This document shows positions 20,290 to 29,495 of a stretch of 64,000 nucleotides of DNA, piece by piece. The position numbers and the translations under genes were made by a program. Each line of letters opens with the position of its first letter. The first letter of the stretch is position 1. Source of the stretch: a virus; the IMG/VR virus record IMGVR_UViG_3300027418_000370. The stretch is one strand, 5' to 3'. The notes beneath the pieces are model-generated. The model searched no databases, had not been told where the DNA came from, and saw only the letters and a program-made list of their open reading frames with translations.

Positions 20290-20808
20290 AAAAAGCTGAA
20301 CGAATAATGAAGTCGGAAGCTGCTCGTAAGCGCCGTCGATCTATTAAAGAACTGCGTCAGGCAGTTCAAGAGCGGTTATTTAGTATATTACGTAAAAAAC
20401 GCAAAAAGAAGTGAAGCGAGGACACCATATGTCAAGAGATAGAAAAGTAGAGATCGTTAGAACTGTACTGGGTAGAGCTAAAGGATTGACTATGCTTCAT
20501 GGAGAGAAGCTAGTACAGCACGTAGCAAATTCAATTACACTATACGAAAAACACATACCAGAAAATGATTGAGCTTATTAAGCACTCGTTAGGTTTTTGT
20601 GGAGAGCACTGGCATCCAAATCTTTTTACAATTTCAGCATCAGGAGTTGGAATCCTGCCAGCTTTTTCATATATTAAGTATAAATTAAAAAGAACAAAGT
20701 AATGGACAGTTTTATGGCTATTGTGCCTTTTATTGCAATCGGAACTATGGCGTTCCTATTCTTGCAGTTTATTGTGGATGTAATCCGCGGTAAGTACCGT
20801 ACCGAAAA

Positions 20809-21258
20809 ATGAAAAAATTAATCTTAGGTCTATTTGTTACCTTAACCGCTCTTAGCGCTTACGGTCAAAAGCCTACTGAGGAACCGAGTGTACTAATCAC
20901 TCGCAATACTTCCACCCAGCGTATGGTTTGGAGTGATGTAGAAGACGAATGGATGTTCTTCGATTTAGTCGATCGTCATTCAGATAATAATGTTTGGCTT
21001 TCGTACTTCAACGATAACGGAAGCGGTTACATGAAAATGGTCCGAGTATCAACCGGTGAAGAGTTTGCATTTACTATTTACGATTATGAGATGCGAGAAA
21101 ATGACCAAGGCCAGTACCTCTGGATTGATGCTCTTCAAGTACACGATGGACAAAAGGTTACTATCCTGGTACAGGAATACGGTCAGGGAATAAAGATGGT
21201 TACTATCTTTATGCCTACTAGTAAAGTAGTTTTATATTTTGATACTGAAAAGCTTTAA
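20809..21258 (+). CDS. Secreted hypothetical protein
   Basis: Sec signal peptide ending AYG-Q (Bacteroidota-style Gln after the cleavage site). Confidence 0.55.
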   Translation: MKKLILGLFVTLTALSAYGQKPTEEPSVLITRNTSTQRMVWSDVEDEWMFFDLVDRHSDNNVWLSYFNDNGSGYMKMVRVSTGEEFAFTIYDYEMRENDQGQYLWIDALQVHDGQKVTILVQEYGQGIKMVTIFMPTSKVVLYFDTEKL

Positions 21259-21260
21259 TT

Positions 21261-21446
21261 ATGGCTAAATTAATTAGAGTAGAAACAGACTACCGTTACT
21301 ACGCAGTAGAGCTAACTGAAGAACAGTTACAGCGGTATAACTCAGGCGACGATGATCTCGTAGATGAGGTAATGGATGAAGTTTACGATGAAATGGAAAA
21401 TGTTCGTACTAAAGATGGTGGAACTGAATATTATATTGAAGAATAA
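21261..21446 (+). CDS. Small acidic hypothetical protein
   Basis: ORF track; coupled to neighbours. Confidence 0.5.
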   Translation: MAKLIRVETDYRYYAVELTEEQLQRYNSGDDDLVDEVMDEVYDEMENVRTKDGGTEYYIEE

Positions 21447-21943
21447 TGGCAAATACTTGTAGAACAGATGTAAAAATTGTTGCTTCAAAAGAAGCAGTTG
21501 ACTTTTTGTATGGAAAGTTTGAAAATATGAATGATGGGAAGTATCCAAATGAAAAGGAAACTCCACATATTGTAGATGTATTTGGTGCTGATGCTGAATT
21601 ATTTATTGATAAAGTAGGTTCAAAGTGGATTACAATTTACGATTATAGCACCTATGAGAATGAATTTGAAGTTAGCTTTGAATCAGCTTGGTATCCACCA
21701 TCAGATCTATTGAAAGAAATGCATCGACAGTTGATGGCTATTGATCCGGATGCTACATTTACAGCACGTTATTGGGATGAAGCATACGATCCTATTGGAG
21801 TAATTAAGATTACAGATGCCGGCCAGTACCTAACTGTTGAGACCGAACCTGAGCCTGAAGACGAATTCGAAGGTGAGTACTACTGGGATGATGTAATCGA
21901 TCCAGAGTTTGCTCGACTAGAAAGAAAATTAGGAATAGCGTAA
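21446..21943 (+). CDS. Hypothetical protein (DUF1281/YubB-like C-terminal motif)
   Basis: MANTC...GSKW...FESAWYPP...YWDE pattern. Confidence 0.5.
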   Translation: MANTCRTDVKIVASKEAVDFLYGKFENMNDGKYPNEKETPHIVDVFGADAELFIDKVGSKWITIYDYSTYENEFEVSFESAWYPPSDLLKEMHRQLMAIDPDATFTARYWDEAYDPIGVIKITDAGQYLTVETEPEPEDEFEGEYYWDDVIDPEFARLERKLGIA

Positions 21944-21987
21944 GCCTATACGCTTAAAATACCTGGCAGTTATAAATTATATTTAAA

Positions 21988-22812
21988 ATGGCAAAACACG
22001 TTGTTGTTAGTCTTTCAGGAGGGATGGACTCCTCTACGTTACTTCTAAAAGCTCTTAAAGAGTTTGATACAGTAACAGCAATGTCTTTTGATTACGGTCA
22101 AAAGCACAGAGTAGAGCTTGAAAGAGCTCAAGAGTTGGTAAAGTACTTGAGTGATAACGGTCACTCTGTTAATTACCGAGTAATCAAACTAGACGGCTTG
22201 GTTGACCTGCTCAACTCGGCTCTAGTAACAGGTGGTGCTGAAGTACCTGAAGGTCATTACGCAGAAGAGAATATGAAAGCTACTGTTGTACCGAACCGAA
22301 ACAAAATCTTCAGTTCAATTTCTCAAGCTGTAGCACTTTCTATTGCAAATGAAACTCAGGAAGAAACTTCCATTGCGTTGGGCATTCATGCTGGTGATCA
22401 TGCGATCTATCCGGACTGCCGACAGGAATTTCGGGATGCAGATGACGCTGCTTTCCGCACTGGTAACTGGGACGCTGAGCGCGTATCTTATTGGACTCCT
22501 TATCTTGAAGGCGATAAGTTTACTATTCTAGAAGACGGACTGGTATTATGTGAGAAGCTAGGAATAGACTTTGATGAAGTTTATAAGCGTACTAACACCT
22601 CTTATAAGCCAATCAAGTACTATCACCGTCCAGAGACTAATGCCTGGACTTGGTACTCAGACTACAAATCAGCTTCTTCAGTAGAGCGTATTGAAGCTTT
22701 TATTAAGCTAGGACGACCTGATCCTGTAGCGTACGCTGATGAGACCGGCCCAGTGAGCTGGGAGGTAGCACGTGAGCATGTTGAAAAAGTTTTAGCAGCA
22801 CACGCAAATTAA
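21988..22812 (+). CDS. queC: 7-cyano-7-deazaguanine synthase
   Basis: SLSGGMDS, FDYGQKH, VPNRN, YPDCRQEF. Confidence 0.95.
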   Translation: MAKHVVVSLSGGMDSSTLLLKALKEFDTVTAMSFDYGQKHRVELERAQELVKYLSDNGHSVNYRVIKLDGLVDLLNSALVTGGAEVPEGHYAEENMKATVVPNRNKIFSSISQAVALSIANETQEETSIALGIHAGDHAIYPDCRQEFRDADDAAFRTGNWDAERVSYWTPYLEGDKFTILEDGLVLCEKLGIDFDEVYKRTNTSYKPIKYYHRPETNAWTWYSDYKSASSVERIEAFIKLGRPDPVAYADETGPVSWEVAREHVEKVLAAHAN

Positions 22813-22813
22813 T

Positions 22814-22843
22814 TAGGGGGGAGCTTGTCTCCCTCCCTATTTA
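22814..22843 (+). terminator. Putative terminator hairpin after queC
   Basis: taggggggag-cttgt-ctccctcccta followed by ttt. Confidence 0.55.
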
Positions 22844-22856
22844 TTCTTATATTAAG

Positions 22857-22886
22857 AGTGTCGGAGCACCACTATAAAAACACCGG
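22857..22886 (+). ncRNA. Candidate preQ1 class I riboswitch aptamer (copy 1)
   Basis: P1 AGUG/CACU, loop UCGGAGCAC, tail AUAAAAACACCGG directly abutting ATG 22887; located just after a promoter. Confidence 0.6.
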
Positions 22887-23480
22887 ATGAAAAAGTTACT
22901 ACTATTATTACCTCTGCTCTGGGCTTGTGAAACGATTGAGCCCTATGTTCCTGAACCTTGTCAGGAATGTACTACTATTCATAGAGTAGATACTATTCAA
23001 CATCCTGGAACTTATTATCAAGACGGATACTGGCATTTACAATATTCAGGTATAAATTACTTCCAGGTTATCGGTCAGTTAGATTCCCTACATCCTCAAT
23101 ATGTTATAAATGGAGTACCGCTACTTCAAGTAGTATATGATAGCGATACCTGGTATGTATTTGATACCATTGCTATGCAAATACCTCTGTACTCTCCATT
23201 TACTTCCCAATATACTTCCCCAAGCTTTAATTACCCTATCTCAACAGGAGATACTACAATCTATATTACAAATCCTAACTACATTATAAATGCAGTAGGT
23301 TATACGTTTGGAAGTACAAACTTTGTGAATGCTATGCACACATACCAGCCCCGGTGTGAAGTACTGGTGTTTGAAGAGATGGTGGGAGATACGATTAATG
23401 TCTTCACAAGAACGCGTTATAACTACGATCTAGGTACTCAGATAATAGTAAACGATACAATTAAAGTTATAGTAGAATGA
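22887..23480 (+). CDS. Hypothetical lipoprotein
   Basis: MKKLLLLLPLLWA-C lipobox. Confidence 0.6.
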   Translation: MKKLLLLLPLLWACETIEPYVPEPCQECTTIHRVDTIQHPGTYYQDGYWHLQYSGINYFQVIGQLDSLHPQYVINGVPLLQVVYDSDTWYVFDTIAMQIPLYSPFTSQYTSPSFNYPISTGDTTIYITNPNYIINAVGYTFGSTNFVNAMHTYQPRCEVLVFEEMVGDTINVFTRTRYNYDLGTQIIVNDTIKVIVE

Positions 23481-23683
23481 AAAAACAGTTATTAGTAGAG
23501 CCTGTTCTTCCGAAAAGTAAGAACATTGAAAAGATGCCTGATCAGAAATGGCATCAAATTATCTCATTTATTAAATCCGGAGTCCGTATTCTTGGTTACG
23601 CACTGCTTATTGTTGATATCCCAACAGCAATGGTGGTACTGGTCTTGAGTGAGGCAGTCGGCATAATCGAAGAATTAGTATGA
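23477..23683 (+). CDS. Small membrane protein
   Basis: Hydrophobic C-terminal half. Confidence 0.55.
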   Translation: MKKQLLVEPVLPKSKNIEKMPDQKWHQIISFIKSGVRILGYALLIVDIPTAMVVLVLSEAVGIIEELV

Positions 23684-23940
23684 AGTATTTGTATTTCTCA
23701 GCACCTTGGTGCGGTCCTTGTAGAATGTTAGGTCCAACAATGGAAAAAGTAGCAGCAGAAGGAATTGCTGTAGAAAAAATTAACATCGATACGGAAGAGC
23801 TCCTAACGATGGAATACACAGTCCGCAGTGTACCTACTGTAGTACTGATTGATGATTCTGGAAAAGAATTTGCTCGTACAGTTGGCGCTAAGCCATTAAG
23901 TCACTATATTGAACAATATAATAATTTTACAAATGTATAA
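23680..23940 (+). CDS. Thioredoxin
   Basis: WCGPC active site, SVPT cis-Pro motif. Confidence 0.9.
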   Translation: MKYLYFSAPWCGPCRMLGPTMEKVAAEGIAVEKINIDTEELLTMEYTVRSVPTVVLIDDSGKEFARTVGAKPLSHYIEQYNNFTNV

Positions 23941-24391
23941 GTCAAGAAAGAAGTTTGATGGCTTTAGTACTTGCTTCCGTCAATGGAAAGCGAATACTAC
24001 ACACTGTCAGTACCTACACGGCTATGATGTAGAGTTTGAAGTAACGTTTGAAGGAGATCTCGATCACCGTAACTGGGTATGGGACTTCGGAGGTATGAAG
24101 CGAGCTAAGAACCTGATCGACGGTATGCAACCTAAAGAATGGATGGAGCATATGTTCGATCATACTGTAGTTGTAGCAGAAGACGATCCTGAACTAGATA
24201 ACTTCAGAGATATGGCCGACAGAGGCGTTATTCAGTTACGAGTAGTAGAGGCAGTAGGTGCAGAGAAATTTGCTGAATTTCTTTACCACAAGCTAAATGA
24301 CTTCGTACAGACAGAGACAGACGGCCGAGTTAAGGTCATTAAAGTTAAATTTATGGAGAACCACAAAAACTCAGCAATCTATGGCGCTTAA
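23933..24391 (+). CDS. queD: 6-carboxy-5,6,7,8-tetrahydropterin synthase
   Basis: CQYLHGY, WVWDFG, FDHT, AE motifs; ATG at 23933. Confidence 0.9.
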   Translation: MYKSRKKFDGFSTCFRQWKANTTHCQYLHGYDVEFEVTFEGDLDHRNWVWDFGGMKRAKNLIDGMQPKEWMEHMFDHTVVVAEDDPELDNFRDMADRGVIQLRVVEAVGAEKFAEFLYHKLNDFVQTETDGRVKVIKVKFMENHKNSAIYGA

Positions 24392-25157
24392 GAGAATTGA
24401 AGATTATAATAAGGTACTGCCGATTGTAGAGCTTTACCGATGTGTACAATCAGAGGGTAGTCGTTTTGGACGTCCTACTATCGCTGTACGTACTACAGGA
24501 TGTACTCACCGCTGCTACTTCGGTGAAGGAGGTTGGTGTGATAGCTGGTATACCTCTATCCATCCAGAGAAAGGTGGTTATTCATTTAACGATATTATTA
24601 AGATTTACGATGAGAATCCTCACGTAAAGGAGATGATGCTAACAGGAGGTAGCCCAACAATGCACCCAGCCTTAGTAAATGAGATTACTCACTTTGCTAA
24701 AGAAAGAGGTATTATTGTTACTATTGAGACTGAAGGTTCTCACTTCCTTGAGACGGACTATCCTCTTGATCTTATCTCTCTATCTCCTAAGTTCTCTAAT
24801 AGCGTACCCGTAGTAGGAGCTGTTACACCTCAAGGCGCTATTGCAGATGAGAAGATGATTAAGCAACATAACAAGTTCCGTATCAACAAAGATGCTATCC
24901 GTCAGACTTTGGACTATCATACTGATTACCACTTTAAGCCGGTATGGGACGGTAGCGCAGCGAATCTAGTAGAGATTGAAGCATTTAGGGTTGAGATGAA
25001 TATTCCTAAAGACAAGACTTTTGTTATGCCTGCAGGTGATACTCGTGAGACTTTAATTGAAATGTACCCAATCGTATTTGAGATGTGTGCCGAGCACGGT
25101 TACAATATGACCGGACGTGATCACATCATTGCCTACGATACTAAGAGAGAAGTATAA
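24381..25157 (+). CDS. queE: 7-carboxy-7-deazaguanine synthase (radical SAM)
   Basis: VQSEG..GRP, GCTHRC-x7-CDS, LTGGSP, IETEG, SLSPK. Confidence 0.92.
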   Translation: MALKRIEDYNKVLPIVELYRCVQSEGSRFGRPTIAVRTTGCTHRCYFGEGGWCDSWYTSIHPEKGGYSFNDIIKIYDENPHVKEMMLTGGSPTMHPALVNEITHFAKERGIIVTIETEGSHFLETDYPLDLISLSPKFSNSVPVVGAVTPQGAIADEKMIKQHNKFRINKDAIRQTLDYHTDYHFKPVWDGSAANLVEIEAFRVEMNIPKDKTFVMPAGDTRETLIEMYPIVFEMCAEHGYNMTGRDHIIAYDTKREV

Positions 25158-25339
25158 TGCCAAACGGATACTTAGGAGCTTTATGGTTGATGTGGAGTAA
25201 TAGCGCTATCGAACCAGCACACGTTATTAAAGCCCTAAGTATCTACGGCTATAAATTAGATGCATTAACCAAACAGGGCTTAGTAGCCTCAAATGAAAAT
25301 ACACGTTTTGAATATAAAGAGTATACTTCTTGGAGCTAG
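25157..25339 (+). CDS. Hypothetical protein
   Basis: Small ORF coupled to queE. Confidence 0.4.
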   Translation: MPNGYLGALWLMWSNSAIEPAHVIKALSIYGYKLDALTKQGLVASNENTRFEYKEYTSWS

Positions 25340-25655
25340 TCTGTTCTTTCTAGGACAAGTAATAACCTTCTACCAGCTTAACGGACAGTTTATCTGGAGC
25401 TGGTTTAAAAAGTACGAATGGGCTGTTGCTCTATTTGGTATACCTATTTCGTTCATTTTTATCTGGGCTACCAGAACAGCAGTCGCTGGCTTTGACGGTT
25501 TACTATGGCCTGCTCGTTTTATAGGATTCGGTACAGGAATGATAGTTTATGCCTTCTGCGTATGGTACTATATGGGAGAGCCGATATCCACTAAGACTGC
25601 TATTAGTCTCCTTCTAGCTCTAGTATTAATCTGTGTTCAAGTACTCTGGAAATGA
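25293..25655 (+). CDS. Small multi-pass membrane protein (SMR/DMT-like)
   Basis: About four TM helices; YYMGEPISTKTAIS resembles the DMT/SMR C-terminal motif. Confidence 0.55.
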   Translation: MKIHVLNIKSILLGASLFFLGQVITFYQLNGQFIWSWFKKYEWAVALFGIPISFIFIWATRTAVAGFDGLLWPARFIGFGTGMIVYAFCVWYYMGEPISTKTAISLLLALVLICVQVLWK

Positions 25656-25903
25656 GTTATATTATAGGTTCTAAGTGTATAGATGTTAAAGACAGTGGAT
25701 GTATGGATGTATGTCCTGTTGACTGTATATACGAGGACCTACAGCAAATGTTCATTAACCCAGATGAATGTATTGATTGCGGAGCTTGCATTCCAGCTTG
25801 CCCAGTAGAAGCTATTTGGGACAGTGAAGAATGGGCTATTAGGATGGGTGATCAAGCATCTGTACATGCTAACTATAAGCATTTCGGATTAGAATATAAA
25901 TGA
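25652..25903 (+). CDS. Ferredoxin (7Fe/dicluster type)
   Basis: CIDVKDSGCMDVCPVDC and CIDCGACIPACP. Confidence 0.9.
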   Translation: MSYIIGSKCIDVKDSGCMDVCPVDCIYEDLQQMFINPDECIDCGACIPACPVEAIWDSEEWAIRMGDQASVHANYKHFGLEYK

Positions 25904-26085
25904 GAAGAAAAGATATAATAACATTAAATGATGACTGGTATGAAGTTCAGAGAGTACTTAGAGAGGATCGTCAATGGGATGTTGAAATTCTTAAACAGTA
26001 CTGGTCTTGTACACATACCTTCCGTAAAGACGGTCTACTCTATTTTTGTAGAGAGATCCCAAAAATTGAATATCAACAAATATGA
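25900..26085 (+). CDS. Hypothetical protein
   Basis: ATGA-coupled small ORF. Confidence 0.5.
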   Translation: MRRKDIITLNDDWYEVQRVLREDRQWDVEILKQYWSCTHTFRKDGLLYFCREIPKIEYQQI

Positions 26086-26729
26086 AAGTAACCCTAAATC
26101 ATGTAACTCCGGACGCGGAGAATGCAATTGTAAAAATTGCTAGAGTATCCTCTAAACGTACCGACAAGGTAGAGAAGCCTGAAAGGCTACTACACTACCT
26201 TATCAAGCATAAGCATTGGTCTCCATTCGAGCACGGATATATGTCTGTAGAGATTGAGACTTCTAAAGCTATTGGTATTCAGTTAATTCGTCACCGCTCT
26301 TTTACCTACCAAGAGTTCTCACAACGTTACCAGGATGTAAGCTTAATTGACGGTATGTTTGAGAGTGTAGAGCTAAGAAAACAAGCTGAAGATAATAGAC
26401 AAAGCTCCACTGAAGTATTTAACCCAGACGTATTCTATGCCGGATACAGTACTGCAGCTTCAGCTCAGATCGGTAAACACTTTAGAGCTTCCCAAGATCT
26501 TTATAAGCGACTCCTTGATGAAGGTGTAGCAAGAGAAGTAGCTCGAATGGTATTGCCACTATCTACTAAAACTAAGATTCACATGACCGGTTCTATTCGT
26601 TCATGGATCCACTTCTTAGATCTCAGAGATGATGCTCATGCTCAGAAAGAGATTCAAGATGTAGCAAAAGAGATCAAGAAGATCTTTATCGAACAATTCC
26701 CAGTAATCTCAAAATCACTAAACTATTAA
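26082..26729 (+). CDS. thyX: Flavin-dependent thymidylate synthase
   Basis: HWSPFEH, QLIRHRSFTYQEFSQRY, HAQKEI. Confidence 0.95.
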   Translation: MKVTLNHVTPDAENAIVKIARVSSKRTDKVEKPERLLHYLIKHKHWSPFEHGYMSVEIETSKAIGIQLIRHRSFTYQEFSQRYQDVSLIDGMFESVELRKQAEDNRQSSTEVFNPDVFYAGYSTAASAQIGKHFRASQDLYKRLLDEGVAREVARMVLPLSTKTKIHMTGSIRSWIHFLDLRDDAHAQKEIQDVAKEIKKIFIEQFPVISKSLNY

Positions 26730-26731
26730 TT

Positions 26732-27355
26732 ATGAAAAAATGGCAGCACTTTACTTTCTTGTTATGGGTGGCATTCTCGGTTTACTCCTTTACAGCCTCT
26801 GGTCAGAAATCTTTAAGAGACAGCGTTGAATGGAACACTCCTTACTTTAGAATCTGGTATTCAGAACCTCTAGAGAATCCTTTATCAGTACGTTACGGTG
26901 TAGCTTGTCCTACAGGTACTGCTTCTAGATCAGGAATGGACTTCCACAAAGAAAAAGGAATTCATACTTCCGATAACGATGACTATGTAGCCAACGAATG
27001 GGACAAAGGTCATATGGCTCCTGCCGCAGACTTTAACTGTACCCGTGAAATGCTATTGGAGACATTTACATACGTTAACTCTTCCTTGCAGCACCAATCT
27101 CTCAATAGAGGTGTATGGAAGAAGCTAGAGACTCGAGAAAGAGAATTAGCATTAGGACACGAAGTACAAGTCTTTATCCGAGTAGAATTCTCAACTAATC
27201 CTGAAAGAGTACCTGGCGGTGCTGCTATCCCTTCCGGATACTATAAGGAACTAAAAGTTGCAAATCGCCGAGAATGTTACTATTTTAAGAACGAGAAACC
27301 TGTAACATCAGAGCTCTCAGATTATAAATGTCCTTGCAGAAATGCAATTAATTAG
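26732..27355 (+). CDS. Secreted DNA/RNA non-specific endonuclease (NucA/EndoG family)
   Basis: Signal peptide; DKGHMAPA, QHQSLNRGVWKKLE. Confidence 0.85.
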   Translation: MKKWQHFTFLLWVAFSVYSFTASGQKSLRDSVEWNTPYFRIWYSEPLENPLSVRYGVACPTGTASRSGMDFHKEKGIHTSDNDDYVANEWDKGHMAPAADFNCTREMLLETFTYVNSSLQHQSLNRGVWKKLETRERELALGHEVQVFIRVEFSTNPERVPGGAAIPSGYYKELKVANRRECYYFKNEKPVTSELSDYKCPCRNAIN

Positions 27356-27734
27356 TACGCATCCTATTAAGAAATCTGACCTCGGCTTTCATGCTAACCT
27401 CTTTGGAGGTAAGCTGTTAGCCTGGTTGGATGCTGCTGGAGCAGCTATGGCAATGGAGGTAGCTGATACTCCTAGAATGGTTACTATCAAGATAGACGAA
27501 TGTCTTTTTAAGAAACCAGCCAAAGAAGGTCAGTTGTTAAAAATTTATGGAAAGGTAGCAGAAGTTGGAAATACGTCTTTAACTCTCTATCTTGAAGCTA
27601 GAGCACATAACGTATACTCAGGAAGTCAGTCGGTAATACTCTCCACTAAGATTAAGTTTGTACGTATTGATGAAAATAATGAACCAATTCCAATCTCAGA
27701 TAGAATTAGATTAAAGTATGCAACAGTTAATTGA
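27342..27734 (+). CDS. Hotdog-fold acyl-CoA thioesterase
   Basis: NLFGGKLLAWLD..AA, FKKP, VGNTS, FVRID. Confidence 0.85.
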   Translation: MQLISTHPIKKSDLGFHANLFGGKLLAWLDAAGAAMAMEVADTPRMVTIKIDECLFKKPAKEGQLLKIYGKVAEVGNTSLTLYLEARAHNVYSGSQSVILSTKIKFVRIDENNEPIPISDRIRLKYATVN

Positions 27735-28224
27735 CGCAAAGGATATTGATATCCAAACTAAGATCATCGCTAAGAAGATCTCAGCAGAGCACAATGGAGA
27801 TAAAACTCCAATCGTTATGGTAGGGTTATTGAATGGAGCATTTATGTTCTATGCAGACCTAGTACGCAACATTACAGTAGACGTAGAATGTGATTTTATG
27901 AGAATAAGATCATACGTCAGTAAAAAGAAACAAGGTGATATTCAGATCACCAAAGACTTAGAGACGCCTGTTAAAGGAAAGCACGTCTATATCGTAGACG
28001 ACATTTACGATTCGGGTAATACAATGGATGCTGTGATTGAATACCTTCAGGTCAAACACCCAGCCTCGATTAATATTGTTACTCTACTGACTAGAGAAAC
28101 TTCTAGGATACCCCCAGTACCTTCCTATCATGCATTCACTATCAAGGATGAATGGGTAGTAGGCTTTGGAATGGATAACGATAAAGGTTATGCAAGAAAT
28201 TACAGAAGTGTGTTTGCACTCTGA
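27718..28224 (+). CDS. hpt: Hypoxanthine-guanine phosphoribosyltransferase-like protein
   Basis: GLLNGAFMFYADL, PRPP motif IVDDIYDSGNT, WVVGFGMD. Confidence 0.9.
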   Translation: MQQLIDAKDIDIQTKIIAKKISAEHNGDKTPIVMVGLLNGAFMFYADLVRNITVDVECDFMRIRSYVSKKKQGDIQITKDLETPVKGKHVYIVDDIYDSGNTMDAVIEYLQVKHPASINIVTLLTRETSRIPPVPSYHAFTIKDEWVVGFGMDNDKGYARNYRSVFAL

Positions 28225-28247
28225 AATAGTTTTCGTATATTAATAAG

Positions 28248-28277
28248 AGGTGTCGAAGCACCACCTAAAAAAACAAA
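28248..28277 (+). ncRNA. Candidate preQ1 class I riboswitch aptamer (copy 2) upstream of folE
   Basis: P1 AGGUG/CACCU, loop UCGAAGCAC, tail AAAAAAACAAA; lies between a promoter (28213-28241) and the folE ATG (28282). Confidence 0.7.
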
Positions 28278-28281
28278 TTAT

Positions 28282-28992
28282 ATGGCAGATAAAAAACGTT
28301 ATGATGTAGAACTCGCTCAAGCCGGGTTCGCTAATGGTGTCTCTTCTCAACTGGCTGAGAAGTTTAAAGTTCATTCTATGAACTCTATGCACTTAACAGA
28401 TCAAGAGAAGCATACTATTATTGAGAATGCTGCAAAGGCATTCGGAGAATTCCTAGATGCTCTAGGATGTGACTGGCGTGATGACCCTAACTCATCTGAT
28501 ACTCCTCGTCGAGTAGCTAAGGCTTATGTAAACGACTTATGGGCAGGACGATTCAATCCTATGCCTGAGATCACAGCCTTCCCTGCTGATGGTTATGATG
28601 GTATTGTATTTGAGGGTAATATTCCTTTGACCTCGATGTGTTCGCATCACCACCAGACTATTCAAGGTCGAGTTCATATTGCTTACATTCCAGGTCCTGG
28701 AGGTAAGGTAATCGGTCTATCTAAGCTCAATCGTATTGTAGAGCATTTCGGACGTAGAGGTGCTATTCAAGAGCAGCTTACTGTTGCTATTCATAATGCA
28801 GTTCATACTGTTTGTGAAGGTAATGTAGGTGTAGCAGTTATGGTAGAAGCTACTCACAATTGTGTATCATGCCGCGGTACTAAACACGCTGGTGCGTCAA
28901 TGAAGACTTCTAAGCTATCAGGTAGCTTTATGTACGAAGACTCAGCACGAGCAGAATTTTATGAATTTGTTAAAGGTTACGCATGCAAATGA
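28282..28992 (+). CDS. folE: GTP cyclohydrolase I
   Basis: DTPRRVAK, SMCSHH, IGLSKLNRIV, QEQLT, HNCVSCRG. Confidence 0.95.
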   Translation: MADKKRYDVELAQAGFANGVSSQLAEKFKVHSMNSMHLTDQEKHTIIENAAKAFGEFLDALGCDWRDDPNSSDTPRRVAKAYVNDLWAGRFNPMPEITAFPADGYDGIVFEGNIPLTSMCSHHHQTIQGRVHIAYIPGPGGKVIGLSKLNRIVEHFGRRGAIQEQLTVAIHNAVHTVCEGNVGVAVMVEATHNCVSCRGTKHAGASMKTSKLSGSFMYEDSARAEFYEFVKGYACK

Positions 28993-29495
28993 AACGAGCA
29001 AAAAGTGTCCCATTTATCGACGAAGTAGAGATCTTCAACGATACGTTCGGTAAGCCGAACAATTACACTCCTATTATTCCTAATGATAAGAAACTTACTA
29101 ACTTCGTAGTAGATTTTATTAAAGAAGAGACTGACGAACTAGCACACGCTATTGAAGAGAAAGATATTGTAGAAGTACTAGATGCTATCTGCGATCTACT
29201 TTACGTAGCTATTGGAAATGCTACCATGGTGTTTGGATTGAAGAATAAGATCGTACCAGCTTACCGAGAGGTACAGGCATCGAATATGTCTAAGAGCTGT
29301 GCGACTGTAGAAGAAGCAGAAGAGACTATTGCTCTCCGTTCTCAACAGCACGGCGAGTGTTACTTCCGTAAGGTGGGAAACCGTTATGTTGTTTATCGCA
29401 AAGCGGACGATAAGGTTATGAAATCTATTAACTACTTCGCTCCTAATCTTGAGCAGTTCTTTACTCCAGAAGAAATCGAAAACGCTAAGCAATGA
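28983..29495 (+). CDS. MazG-like/PRA-PH nucleoside triphosphate pyrophosphohydrolase
   Basis: IKEETDEL, EVLDAICDLLYV, VQASNMSK. Confidence 0.85.
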   Translation: MQMKRAKSVPFIDEVEIFNDTFGKPNNYTPIIPNDKKLTNFVVDFIKEETDELAHAIEEKDIVEVLDAICDLLYVAIGNATMVFGLKNKIVPAYREVQASNMSKSCATVEEAEETIALRSQQHGECYFRKVGNRYVVYRKADDKVMKSINYFAPNLEQFFTPEEIENAKQ

